Positions 30,260 through 39,926 of a stretch of 64,000 nucleotides of DNA are shown in pieces. The position numbers and the translations under genes were made by a program. The notes below the pieces were generated by a model. The model ran no database searches. It was given only the letters and a program-made list of their open reading frames with translations, and was not told where the DNA came from. Numbering within the stretch: the stretch's first letter is position 1; each line of letters starts with the position of its first letter. This DNA comes from Bacteroidota bacterium (GTDB taxonomy: Bacteria; Bacteroidota; Bacteroidia; B-17B0; Aurantibacillaceae): NCBI GenBank assembly GCA_016708845.1, contig JADJFB010000018.1:5018-69017 (forward strand). The letters are read 5' to 3'.

Positions 30260-32793
30260 AAAAATACTTCATATATCTATTTACTTTAAGCTCTGTGTTT
30301 TTGATAGCACAAAACTCAACCGTAGATTTAAATGCAAGTTGGCAATTCAAAAAATCTGGTTCCAATCCATATTATCCAGCAATTGTGCCAGGAACTATTC
30401 ATACTGATTTATTGAATAACAAATTAATTAAAGATCCTTTTTATTCAGATAATGAAAAAAGTTTGCAATGGATTGAAAACGAAAGTTGGGAATATGTAGG
30501 GAAATTTAACTGTGACAATATCACTTTAAAAAACAAACATCTTGAATTAAATTTTGAAGGCTTAGATACTTACGCGAAAGTGTTTTTAAATGGGCAACCA
30601 ATCTTAGAATGCAACAACATGTTCCGTTCCTGGAGCGTTGATGTGAAGCCATATTTAAAGGCAGGAGAAAATACACTACAGATTATTTTTGAGTCTGCTG
30701 TCAAAAAAGGAAAAGCAGACGCCGCTAAATTACCATATATTTTACCGGGTGATGAAAAGGTATTTTCTCGAAAAGCTCAGTACCAATATGGTTGGGACTG
30801 GGGACCGCGTTTTGTAACCTGTGGTATTTACAAGCCAATAAAATTAAATTGTTGGAATGATGTGAATGTTATTTCTGTTAATCCAATTATCAAAAACATC
30901 AGTGATTCCTTAGCCGATATTGTATTTATTGTAGAAACAAAAAGTGATACTGCTATTTCTGGAAGACTCAACATTAATACCTATCGTGGAGAAATAAACA
31001 ACGCAAAACTTCAATACAATACTAATTACCCCTTAAACCTAGAAAAGGGAATTAACGTCGATACGTTTCGCTATTCTATTCGTAACCCAAAACTTTGGAA
31101 TAGTAATGGCTTGGGAGAAGCTAATTTATATGGTTACGACGTCAATCTCAGATATAATGGTTTAGCCATTAATCATTATGGAACAATTGGTTTAAGAACC
31201 TTAGAGTTAATTCAAGAGAAGGATTCTGTAGGGCAAAGTTTCTATTTTAAACTAAACGGTAAGCCTGTCTTTATGAAAGGAGCAAACTATATCCCTCAAG
31301 ATAATTTTGTTTCAAGGACCACCAAACTCGATTACAAAAAGATAATTCAAATGGCTAAAGATGCTAATATGAATATGCTGCGAGTTTGGGGTGGCGGTGT
31401 TTACGCTAATGATGAATTTTATAAAGAATGTGATAGAAACGGAATTTTAGTGTGGCAGGATTTTATGTTTGCATGCGCGATGTATCCTGGAGATTCTGCC
31501 TATGTAGAAAACCTCAAACAAGAAATAACAGAGCAAATAAAACGTTTACGATCACATCCGAGTCTAGCATTATGGTGCGGAAATAATGAAGTTGACGAAG
31601 GATGGCAAAATTGGGGATGGCAAAAACAATACAAATACTCAAAAAAGGATTCTGCAAAAATTTGGAATGATTACCAAAACTTATTTCATGAGGTAATTCC
31701 AAACATTGTAAACAAATATTATCCCCCTCTGGAGGGGGCAGGGGGAGGTATTTATTGGCCTTCTTCTCCTTCTATTGGTTGGGGACATAAAGAAAGTTTG
31801 CAGCAAGGCGACTCACACTATTGGGGTGTTTGGTGGGGTAATGAACCTTTTGAAACTTACACCAAAAAAGTCGGGCGCTTTATGAGTGAATATGGTTTTC
31901 AAGCAATGCCTGACATCAATACATTTAAAACCTTTTGCGATAGCAATGAATTAAATTTAAATTCTAAGTCTGTGAAGGCGCATCAAAAACATCCAAAGGG
32001 TTATGAAACCATTCAAACTTATATGGAACGTGATTATAAAATTCCAAAAGATTTTATGCAATATAATTATGTGTCTCAACTACTACAACGCGATGGAATG
32101 AAAATAGCCATTGAAGCACATCATAGAGCAAAGCCATACTGCATGGGAACCTTGTATTGGCAATTAAATGATTGTTGGCCTGTTACTTCTTGGAGCGCTA
32201 TTGATTATAACTATAAGCCAAAAGCCTTGTACTATGAAACAAAAAAATTATTTAACGACATCACTATTTCTGTAAAAGAAGAGAAAAATGAGTATCAAAT
32301 TTATATTATATCAGATAAGTTAACCGAACTAAAAGGAACATTAACAGTTTCAATAAAAAATATGAAAGGACATGTGTTATATACAAACAAGAGTACTGTT
32401 ATTGTTTCAGCCAATGAAAGCAAAGTATATTTTAAAATAAATAAAAGCGATATGGAGCTTTTTACGAAAAATGAAATTTACTTATCAGTTGAGTTTATCG
32501 ATTCAAAAGGAAAATTACTTACTAAACACATTTCATATTTTGTAAAACCAAAAGCATTGCAATTACAAGTGCCAGAAATCAACATCCAGTTTTCTAAAGA
32601 AAAAAAATGTCTGCTACTCTCCAGCAAAACCTTTGTCAAAGACTTGTATTTGTATTCAAATGACACCAATATTTCTTTTAGCGATAATTATATAGACCTC
32701 GAGCCTAATCAAATCATCGAAATAAAAACAAACGTAGGAATGGAATTATACAAGCAAATACAATACATTTCCTTATACGATATCAATCATTAA
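30256..32793 (+). CDS. Beta-mannosidase (GH2)
   Basis: TTG start followed by signal peptide KKYFIYLFTLSSVFLIAQ. NFEGLDTYAKVFLNG, WQDFMFAC, CGNNE, MSEYGFQ motifs. Confidence 0.88.
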   Translation: MKKYFIYLFTLSSVFLIAQNSTVDLNASWQFKKSGSNPYYPAIVPGTIHTDLLNNKLIKDPFYSDNEKSLQWIENESWEYVGKFNCDNITLKNKHLELNFEGLDTYAKVFLNGQPILECNNMFRSWSVDVKPYLKAGENTLQIIFESAVKKGKADAAKLPYILPGDEKVFSRKAQYQYGWDWGPRFVTCGIYKPIKLNCWNDVNVISVNPIIKNISDSLADIVFIVETKSDTAISGRLNINTYRGEINNAKLQYNTNYPLNLEKGINVDTFRYSIRNPKLWNSNGLGEANLYGYDVNLRYNGLAINHYGTIGLRTLELIQEKDSVGQSFYFKLNGKPVFMKGANYIPQDNFVSRTTKLDYKKIIQMAKDANMNMLRVWGGGVYANDEFYKECDRNGILVWQDFMFACAMYPGDSAYVENLKQEITEQIKRLRSHPSLALWCGNNEVDEGWQNWGWQKQYKYSKKDSAKIWNDYQNLFHEVIPNIVNKYYPPLEGAGGGIYWPSSPSIGWGHKESLQQGDSHYWGVWWGNEPFETYTKKVGRFMSEYGFQAMPDINTFKTFCDSNELNLNSKSVKAHQKHPKGYETIQTYMERDYKIPKDFMQYNYVSQLLQRDGMKIAIEAHHRAKPYCMGTLYWQLNDCWPVTSWSAIDYNYKPKALYYETKKLFNDITISVKEEKNEYQIYIISDKLTELKGTLTVSIKNMKGHVLYTNKSTVIVSANESKVYFKINKSDMELFTKNEIYLSVEFIDSKGKLLTKHISYFVKPKALQLQVPEINIQFSKEKKCLLLSSKTFVKDLYLYSNDTNISFSDNYIDLEPNQIIEIKTNVGMELYKQIQYISLYDINH
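31723..31748. other. 26-nt GC cluster (ccccctctggagggggcagggggagg) in frame within the beta-mannosidase gene
   Basis: About 85% GC in an AT-rich gene. 7-nt inverted arms ccccctc/gaggggg. Encodes PLEGAGGG between KYYP and IYWPSSPS. Confidence 0.7.
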
Positions 32794-32824
32794 ACTTATT
32801 AATTGAGTAACTTTACTATACCTT

Positions 32825-35746
32825 ATGAAGAGCCTATTACTTATATTTTTCACTCTCAGCTTCTCAACTTTTGTAGCACAAACAAAATATGCCCAATTCG
32901 TCAATCCATTTATCGGAACTGGCGGTGCAGGGCATACGTTTCCAGGAGCTGTGGTGCCTTTTGGCATGATGCAATTAAGTCCAGATACGTGTATTGATGG
33001 CAGTTGGGAAGGTTGTGGTGGCTACCATTATTCTGATTCAATTATTTATGGATTTACACACACACATTTAAGCGGAACAGGCGTAAGTGATTATGGTGAT
33101 ATTTTAATAATGCCAACGCTTCAAAAAAGTAATTTCAAAAATAAAACTTACGCTACTAAATTTTCTCATTTGAAAGAAAAAGCAAGTGCGGGTTTTTATG
33201 AAGTGACGCTAAACAATAATGTGAATGTAAAATTAACAGCAACAGAACGCGTAGGTATTCATCAATACAGTTTTCCTAAAATGGATACTGCGACTATTGT
33301 GCTTGATTTATTGCACAGAGATAAAACATTAAACTGCTCATTAACTATTGTAGATAGTGTCACAGTGATTGGCTCTCGTATCAGCGAAGCTTGGGCTAAT
33401 GAACAACATGTGTATTATATCATCAAATTCAATAAGCCCATTATTTCTAAAAAAATAAATGCTCAAACCCTTTCAAAAGGAATGTCTGAAAAAGAAAAAA
33501 ATGTTGGGGCTTACTTTCAATTTGATAACCGCGATGGCAAACCACTACTAATTAAAGTAGGGATTTCACAAACAGGCACGGATGGAGCAAAATTAAATTT
33601 AGAAACTGAAGCGACACATTGGAATTTTGAGAAATACAAACAAGATGCAGAACTTAGTTGGGAAAAAGAATTATCCAAAATAGAAATACAAACTAAAAAC
33701 GATGAACAAAACATTATTTTTTATACAGCCTTGTATCATTGTTTCACTCATCCTTCATTAGCTGGCGATGTGGATGGGAAATACAGAGGACGTGATTTAA
33801 AAGTTCATCAAGCAAATGGTTTTACGCCTTACACTGTTTTTTCATTATGGGATACATTTAGAGGTTTGCATCCATTATTTACAATCATTGAACAAAAACG
33901 TACAACCGATATCATCAACACCTTTTTACAACAACATAAAGAAAGCGGTCGTTTACCGATGTGGGAACTATCAGCTAATGAAACCAATTGCATGATTGGT
34001 TTTCATAGTGTTTCGGTAATTACTGATGCGATGACAAAAGGCATTACTGGCTTTGATAAAAATGCTATTTACGAATCTATGGCAGCTGCTTCTAATTATA
34101 CGAGTTGGAGCATCCCAACTTTTAATAAAAACAATTTCGTACAAATAGATGATGAATCAGAAAGTGTATCTAAAACATTAGAGTATGCTTACGATAACTG
34201 GTGTATTGCTCAAGTAGCCAAAAAGTTAAATAAAAAAACAGATTACGATTTATACATGAAACGTGCGCAAGCCTACAAAAATGTGTACGATAAAAAAACA
34301 GGTTTTACGCGCCCACGTAAAAATGGGAATTGGCTTTCTCCTTTTGAACCTCGAGAAGTCAACAACCATTTCACAGAAGCTAATAGTTGGCAATACTCTT
34401 TCTTTGTTCCACAAGATGTTTCTGGATTAATAAAACTAATGGGTGGAGAAAAACAGTTTGAACAAAAATTAGATGATTTGTTTAGTGCTAAAAGCGAAAC
34501 CGAAGGCAGAACACAAGCTGACATCACTGGTTTAATTGGTCAGTATGCACATGGCAACGAACCAAGCCACCATATGGCATACTTATACAACTATGTTAGC
34601 AAGCCGCAAAAAACACAAGAAAAAATCTATCAAATCTTAACCGAATTCTATAAAAATAATCCTGATGGATTAATTGGCAACGAAGACTGCGGACAAATGA
34701 GCGCCTGGTATGTATTGAGTTCCATGGGATTTTATCAGGTTTGTCCGGGTAAAGCAGAATACACCATTGGTTCTCCGTTATTTGACAATGTAAAAATCCA
34801 TTTAGAAAACGGAAAAACTTTTGAGATTTCTAAAAAAAATCCAACTACTACATTTCAATATATTCAATCGTCTAGCATTAATGGAAAACTATCTAACAGT
34901 TCTATTTTATCTCACAGCACCATTATAACAGGAGGAAAATTAGAGTTTATAATGCAAGAAAAATTAGATGAAAAAAATCTATTTGGTAAATCTGCTTTAT
35001 TGAGACCTTCTACAAACATTACTACAAAACAAATTATACAAGTGCCTGTGATTATTACGCCTGCGAAATTAACAGATACAGAAAAAACCATTAGCATTGA
35101 GCATCCCAATCCTAAAGTAAAATTGGTTTATACCATCGATGGCTCAGAACCAAAAGCTAACTCCAAAATATATGCTGGTCCTTTTACCTCTGATTCTTCA
35201 ATTACCATTAAAGCCAAAGCGTTTTTAAATTTAGAAAGCAGTTCAGTAACTACGGCCACTGCTTATCGCAAACCAAATAATTGGAAAATAGCCATACAAA
35301 GTCAATACAACAAACAATACGATGCTGGCGGTGATGAAGGTATTATTGACGGGCAACATGGTACCACTAATTGGAGAAGTGGCGGATGGCAAGGTTTTCA
35401 AGGACAAGATTTCAATTGCATTGTTGATTTAGGAAAAGTAACTCCTATACAATATGTAACGGCTGAGTTTTTGCAAGACACTCGCTCCTGGATTTTGTAC
35501 CCAAAACAAGTATCCTACGAAATTTCTGAAGACGGCATTAATTACAAGCCTTTTGGTGTAATAGAGAATGGTGTAGCAGCCGACGATTACAATTTACAAA
35601 TGCGTACATTTTTACATAATAATCAAGTAAATGCTAAGGCTAGATTTGTTAAAATAAAAGCGACCAATTTTGGTAAATTACCAGACTGGCACCAAGGAAA
35701 TGGAGGCGATGCGTTCATATTTATTGATGAAATAGAGGTCAGATAA
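32825..35746 (+). CDS. Alpha-mannosidase (GH92, alpha-1,2-mannosidase family) with C-terminal CHB_HEX_C-like and F5/8-type-C-like modules
   Basis: Signal peptide. VNPFIGTGGAGHTFPGAVVPFGMMQLSPDT, GFTHTHLSGTG, HGNEPSHHMAYLY motifs. Confidence 0.9.
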   Translation: MKSLLLIFFTLSFSTFVAQTKYAQFVNPFIGTGGAGHTFPGAVVPFGMMQLSPDTCIDGSWEGCGGYHYSDSIIYGFTHTHLSGTGVSDYGDILIMPTLQKSNFKNKTYATKFSHLKEKASAGFYEVTLNNNVNVKLTATERVGIHQYSFPKMDTATIVLDLLHRDKTLNCSLTIVDSVTVIGSRISEAWANEQHVYYIIKFNKPIISKKINAQTLSKGMSEKEKNVGAYFQFDNRDGKPLLIKVGISQTGTDGAKLNLETEATHWNFEKYKQDAELSWEKELSKIEIQTKNDEQNIIFYTALYHCFTHPSLAGDVDGKYRGRDLKVHQANGFTPYTVFSLWDTFRGLHPLFTIIEQKRTTDIINTFLQQHKESGRLPMWELSANETNCMIGFHSVSVITDAMTKGITGFDKNAIYESMAAASNYTSWSIPTFNKNNFVQIDDESESVSKTLEYAYDNWCIAQVAKKLNKKTDYDLYMKRAQAYKNVYDKKTGFTRPRKNGNWLSPFEPREVNNHFTEANSWQYSFFVPQDVSGLIKLMGGEKQFEQKLDDLFSAKSETEGRTQADITGLIGQYAHGNEPSHHMAYLYNYVSKPQKTQEKIYQILTEFYKNNPDGLIGNEDCGQMSAWYVLSSMGFYQVCPGKAEYTIGSPLFDNVKIHLENGKTFEISKKNPTTTFQYIQSSSINGKLSNSSILSHSTIITGGKLEFIMQEKLDEKNLFGKSALLRPSTNITTKQIIQVPVIITPAKLTDTEKTISIEHPNPKVKLVYTIDGSEPKANSKIYAGPFTSDSSITIKAKAFLNLESSSVTTATAYRKPNNWKIAIQSQYNKQYDAGGDEGIIDGQHGTTNWRSGGWQGFQGQDFNCIVDLGKVTPIQYVTAEFLQDTRSWILYPKQVSYEISEDGINYKPFGVIENGVAADDYNLQMRTFLHNNQVNAKARFVKIKATNFGKLPDWHQGNGGDAFIFIDEIEVR

Positions 35747-35782
35747 ATAGGTTTTATCGAAAAATAATTTTTATTTAGCAGT

Positions 35783-37009
35783 ATGTTAAAACTGGCCTCG
35801 GTACTTATTTTTATTACCACTTTAAGCTTTGCTCAACCCAAATTAGGAATTTGGCGCGGCGTGCTTTCTCTAAATCCAGAAAAACAAATTGAACTCCCTT
35901 TTAATTTTGAAATAAAAAAACTGAAAGGCAAACACCAATTAATTATCCGTAATGCACAAGAACAAATTGTAGTGGATGAAATAAAATTGAAAAAAGATTC
36001 CTTCAATTTTAAGATGCCCATATTTGATACTGAATTTAGAACCAAATTAATTGGCGATTCCATCTTAACTGGACTTTGGATTAATCATACAAAAAAAGAA
36101 AATAACATCATTGCCTTTACAGCCAAAGCGGGCGACTCCAAACGATTTCCATATGTGCCCGGAAAACCAAATTCCTTTTATGAAGGTAAATGGGAGGTAA
36201 CTTTTAGTCCAAGTACTGCCGATAGCTCCAAAGCTATTGGCATGTTTACTCATGCTAACGGAAGCGCTTATGTGTATGGAACATTTTTAACTGAAACAGG
36301 CGATTACCGTTATTTGGATGGCATGATGCATAATGGTAAGTTATACTTAAGCTGCTTTGACGGTTCACACGCCTTTTTATTTATTGCAGAAAATAATGGA
36401 ACAGAAATTACCAAAGGTGATTTTTATTCGGGCGCCACGTGGCATGAAAGCTGGATTGGGAAGCGTAATGATAAATTTGAATTACACGACCCAGAAAGTT
36501 TAACCTATTTAAAAAATCCCAACGCAGAAATTAATTTCACTTTTTACAATACCAAAAACGAAAAAATAAGTTTAAGCGATCCTAAATACAAAAACAAAGC
36601 AGTGATTGTGCAAATTATGGGAAGCTGGTGTCCTAACTGTATGGACGAAAGTGCTTATTTATCTAAAGTTTACAAACAATACAATAAACAAGGTTTAGAA
36701 ATTATTGCCTTAGCTTACGAAAGAACATCGGATGCAGAACGCGCTAAAACCAACTTAACGCGCTTAACCAAACGTTTTGATATTGGCTACGATATATTAT
36801 TAACGGGATTAACAGGCAAAGACAAAGCCTCAGAAAGCTTACCTTTTTTAAATGGCGTGATGGCATTTCCTACCACTATTTTTTTAGATGCTAACCATGT
36901 GGTAAAATCAGTTTACACAGGATTTAGCGGCCCTGCAACTGGAAAAGCTTATGAAGACTATACCATTAAGACGGAAAAGTTAATTGGGGAGTTGCTTTCT
37001 AAGCAGTAA
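35783..37009 (+). CDS. TlpA-like thiol:disulfide oxidoreductase (thioredoxin fold) with N-terminal uncharacterised domain
   Basis: Signal peptide. WCPNC active site in the C-terminal AhpC/TSA-like domain. Confidence 0.8.
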   Translation: MLKLASVLIFITTLSFAQPKLGIWRGVLSLNPEKQIELPFNFEIKKLKGKHQLIIRNAQEQIVVDEIKLKKDSFNFKMPIFDTEFRTKLIGDSILTGLWINHTKKENNIIAFTAKAGDSKRFPYVPGKPNSFYEGKWEVTFSPSTADSSKAIGMFTHANGSAYVYGTFLTETGDYRYLDGMMHNGKLYLSCFDGSHAFLFIAENNGTEITKGDFYSGATWHESWIGKRNDKFELHDPESLTYLKNPNAEINFTFYNTKNEKISLSDPKYKNKAVIVQIMGSWCPNCMDESAYLSKVYKQYNKQGLEIIALAYERTSDAERAKTNLTRLTKRFDIGYDILLTGLTGKDKASESLPFLNGVMAFPTTIFLDANHVVKSVYTGFSGPATGKAYEDYTIKTEKLIGELLSKQ

Positions 37010-37046
37010 GATTCAAAATACCTTTTCTTTTTTGTATCTTTAAATT

Positions 37047-38012
37047 ATGAGACGTTTAGTTTTTCTATCATTCATCCTATTTTATTTTGTGGCTAAACCA
37101 CAGGCGCAAAATCTAATCCAAAACGGCAGTTTTGAAATTTTTGATAGCATAGATTGTGGTGGTGGTGGATTTGATAATTATTCAATGATAGGAACGCCTC
37201 ATGTTGTAAATAACTGGTATTCCTTAAATAGCCCAGATTATTTTAATTCAACGTGTTTTGCGGGAGGGTTTAATGTTCCATATAGCTATTTTGGGCACTG
37301 TTATTCAAAACAAGGAAATGCTTACGCTGGCGGAATAGCATTTACTGGAAATTATGAAACCAAAGAATACATATATCAACAATTAAGTGTGCCATTGCAA
37401 GCTGGTAAAATATATTGTTTAAGTTTTTATGCATCTAGAGCCGACGGAGTTACGCATGCAGTCAATAACATTGGCGCTTATTTTTCCGCATCAATACCCC
37501 CTTTAGTTTCTAACTATTATGTTAATGCTACACCACAAGTGCTAAACCAAAGTGGTTTTATTACTGATACAATTTCTTGGACGGAAATACAAGGTTGCTT
37601 TACTGCTTTAGGTGGTGAGCAATATATAACCATCGGTAATTTTAACTCAAACGCAAATACAGATACATTATTTGTTGGAAGTGTTAATCAAACCCCATCA
37701 ACGTTTAAATATGCTTACTACTACATAGATGACGTTACTTTAATAGACCAATCCACAGTGGGATTTAATGAATTAGATAAAGGAAAAAGTTTTGATATTT
37801 ATCCAAATCCAACAAACTCCATTTTAAATATCGAGAGTAATAATCAGCAATTGCAAAATGCCACTATAGAAATGAAAAATACGTTAGGGCAAATCGTTTA
37901 TTTTGATGTGTATGCACATCAAATCCATATTTCTGATTTACCATCAGGCATCTACTTTATAACCATAAATAATAAGGAAACTAAACGAACTATAAAGTTT
38001 GTAAAAGATTAA
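37047..38012 (+). CDS. Secreted protein with T9SS type-A C-terminal sorting domain
   Basis: Signal peptide. C-terminus FDIYPNPTNSILNIE...MKNTLGQIVY...ISDLPSGIYFITI...IKFVKD. Confidence 0.75.
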   Translation: MRRLVFLSFILFYFVAKPQAQNLIQNGSFEIFDSIDCGGGGFDNYSMIGTPHVVNNWYSLNSPDYFNSTCFAGGFNVPYSYFGHCYSKQGNAYAGGIAFTGNYETKEYIYQQLSVPLQAGKIYCLSFYASRADGVTHAVNNIGAYFSASIPPLVSNYYVNATPQVLNQSGFITDTISWTEIQGCFTALGGEQYITIGNFNSNANTDTLFVGSVNQTPSTFKYAYYYIDDVTLIDQSTVGFNELDKGKSFDIYPNPTNSILNIESNNQQLQNATIEMKNTLGQIVYFDVYAHQIHISDLPSGIYFITINNKETKRTIKFVKD

Positions 38013-38043
38013 TAAAACAAATTATTGTAAGGAAAACGAATCA
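38010..38043. repeat. Direct repeat copy A (orphan duplicate of the hflX 3' end)
   Basis: taataaaacaaattattgtaaggaaaacgaatca matches 38723..38756 at 33/34 positions. The reverse strand reads IRFPYNNLFY*. Confidence 0.85.
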
Positions 38044-38585
38044 TTTTTTCTTAGGAAGTTTATAGCCAATTTGTGGTCGTTCCTTTTTGTTTTCTTTCTT
38101 TTCTAATAGCTCATCTAAGTACTGAAATACTAATTCGATATTTTTATCATGATTACTCACTTTTTTCTTGATGTATTCTATTTCGAGTCTTAACTCAGCG
38201 TTATTCAAAATCATTTTACGCAAAGCAACAAAAGCTCTCATCACAGCAATATTAATTTCTCTAGCTTTTTTGCTTTTTAAAACACTTGATAACATAGCTA
38301 CGCCGGTTTCAGTAAAAGCAAATGGAAATGCTCCTCCTAAAGATTGTTTAGAAGGTATCACATTTTGTGATACCATAATCCCAACCTCTTTTCACTTAAT
38401 ACAAACATAAAATCATTAGGAAACAAGTCCCGATTTCTACGAACAGCTTGTTTTAATGCTCTTGTTTCTACTCCATAAATTTCTGAAAGATGAATATCTA
38501 ACATCACTTTTTCTTCTCGTAATACAAAAATCTTATTAATTATTGCCTCTTCAGGAAGTAATACTGTTACTATTTGCTTTGCCAT
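38041..38585 (-). pseudogene. ORF6N-domain (KilA-N-like, phage antirepressor-type) protein, one frameshift as assembled
   Basis: ORFs 38358..38585 and 38041..38376 join as ...FMFVLSEK|EVGIMVSQN... if an A run near 38372 is one base longer. Typical ORF6N segments are RALKQAVRRNRDLFPNDFMF and AFTETGVAMLSSVLKS. Confidence 0.7.
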
Positions 38586-38722
38586 TTTAAAATAATCTAG
38601 GTATCACAATATGTGACACCTTTGTTCAGTATAAAATTAAATAATATAATAGCAGGTCTTTGCTATGAAATATAGCAATATTTGTTTTTTTCAAGGTCGC
38701 AAATTGCGATCTTGAAAATTTC
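38044..38722. mobile_element. Candidate inserted cassette (ORF6N gene plus flanking inverted repeats) between the two 34-bp direct repeats
   Basis: Bounded by the 34-bp direct repeats. Contains an 8/9-matching 9-nt-arm palindrome at 38600..38620 and 11-nt arms at 38692..38714. No recombinase gene. Confidence 0.4.
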
Positions 38723-39921
38723 TAATAAAACAAATTATTGTAGGGAAAACGAATCACATGAACTTTCTTCACGGTATCGTACACTAGTTTTTTAAAGTCT
38801 GTGATATTGTCTTTGTTTTTAGCTGTAATGTAAACACAAGTTTGATCTAAGTTCGTCATCCAGGTTTTTTTCAATTCATCTAAGGATAAATTTTCTCTAG
38901 TAACTGGCGTCAAATCATCGTCGTCTTTCTTCACATATTTAAAGGCATCAATTTTATTGAATACTAAAATCGTTTCTTTATCTCCAGCACCAATGTCAAT
39001 TAAGGTTTGGCGTACTACATTGATATGATCTTCAAAATTAGGATGTGAAATATCTACGACGTGTAATAAAATATCCGCTTCACGAACTTCATCTAATGTA
39101 CTTTTAAAACTCTCTACTAGCTGCGTTGGTAGTTTTCTAATAAAACCAACCGTGTCGCATAACAGGAAAAATAAATTATCAATGGTTACTTTTCTTACCG
39201 TTGTATCCAATGTTGCAAATAATTTATTTTCCGCAAATACTTCGCTTTTGCTAATCATATTCATGATGGTTGATTTACCAACATTGGTATAACCTACTAA
39301 AGCCACACGTACAAATTCGCCACGGTTTTTACGTTGTGTGGCCATTTGTTTGTCAATCACTTTTAAATCTTCTTTGAGTTGAGCAATTCTATCACGAGCA
39401 ATACGTCTATCTGTTTCAATTTCTTTCTCCCCCGCTCCACCACGTGTTCCTGTGCCGCCACGTTGACGCTCTAAGTGAGTCCACATACCTGTTAAGCGTG
39501 GCAACAAATATTGCAATTGCGCTAATTGCACTTGCGTTTTAGCATGAGCTGTTTGCGCACGTTGCGAAAATATTTCCAGAATCAACGTAGTTCTATCTAA
39601 TATTCTTACGCCTAACTCTTTTTCTAAATTACGTTGTTGCGAAGGCGATAACTCATCATCAAAAATAACAACGGTAATTTTGTTTTCTTTAATGTACGTT
39701 TTAACATCGCTTAATTTTCCTTTTCCTAAAAAAGTCGCTTTATCTGGTCTTTCTAATTTTTGAGTAAATACTTTTTTAGTTTCAACGCCATAGGTCAAGG
39801 CTAAAAAAGCCAACTCATCTAAGTATTCATAAGATAAAGCTTCGTTTTGTCGTTTATTAATAACGCCAATTAATACGGCGGTATTTGCTTGTGTTTCGGT
39901 AGAGTGCAGTTCTGATTTCAA
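38722..39921 (-). CDS. hflX: GTPase HflX
   Basis: HflX N-domain, then G motifs GYTNVGKST, DTVGF, NKID. Confidence 0.92.
   Translation of the reverse strand: MKSELHSTETQANTAVLIGVINKRQNEALSYEYLDELAFLALTYGVETKKVFTQKLERPDKATFLGKGKLSDVKTYIKENKITVVIFDDELSPSQQRNLEKELGVRILDRTTLILEIFSQRAQTAHAKTQVQLAQLQYLLPRLTGMWTHLERQRGGTGTRGGAGEKEIETDRRIARDRIAQLKEDLKVIDKQMATQRKNRGEFVRVALVGYTNVGKSTIMNMISKSEVFAENKLFATLDTTVRKVTIDNLFFLLCDTVGFIRKLPTQLVESFKSTLDEVREADILLHVVDISHPNFEDHINVVRQTLIDIGAGDKETILVFNKIDAFKYVKKDDDDLTPVTRENLSLDELKKTWMTNLDQTCVYITAKNKDNITDFKKLVYDTVKKVHVIRFPYNNLFY
38723..38756. repeat. Direct repeat copy B (authentic 3' end of hflX)
   Basis: taataaaacaaattattgtagggaaaacgaatca lies within the last codons and stop of hflX. 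Confidence 0.85.
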
Positions 39922-39926
39922 TAGTA

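Noticed and set aside
38692-38714. Inverted repeat caaggtcgcaa-a-ttgcgatcttg as the hflX intrinsic terminator
   Set aside because: On the hflX (minus) strand the hairpin is followed by an A-run rather than a U-run, so it is not a canonical terminator. It is kept only as a structural feature at the cassette boundary.
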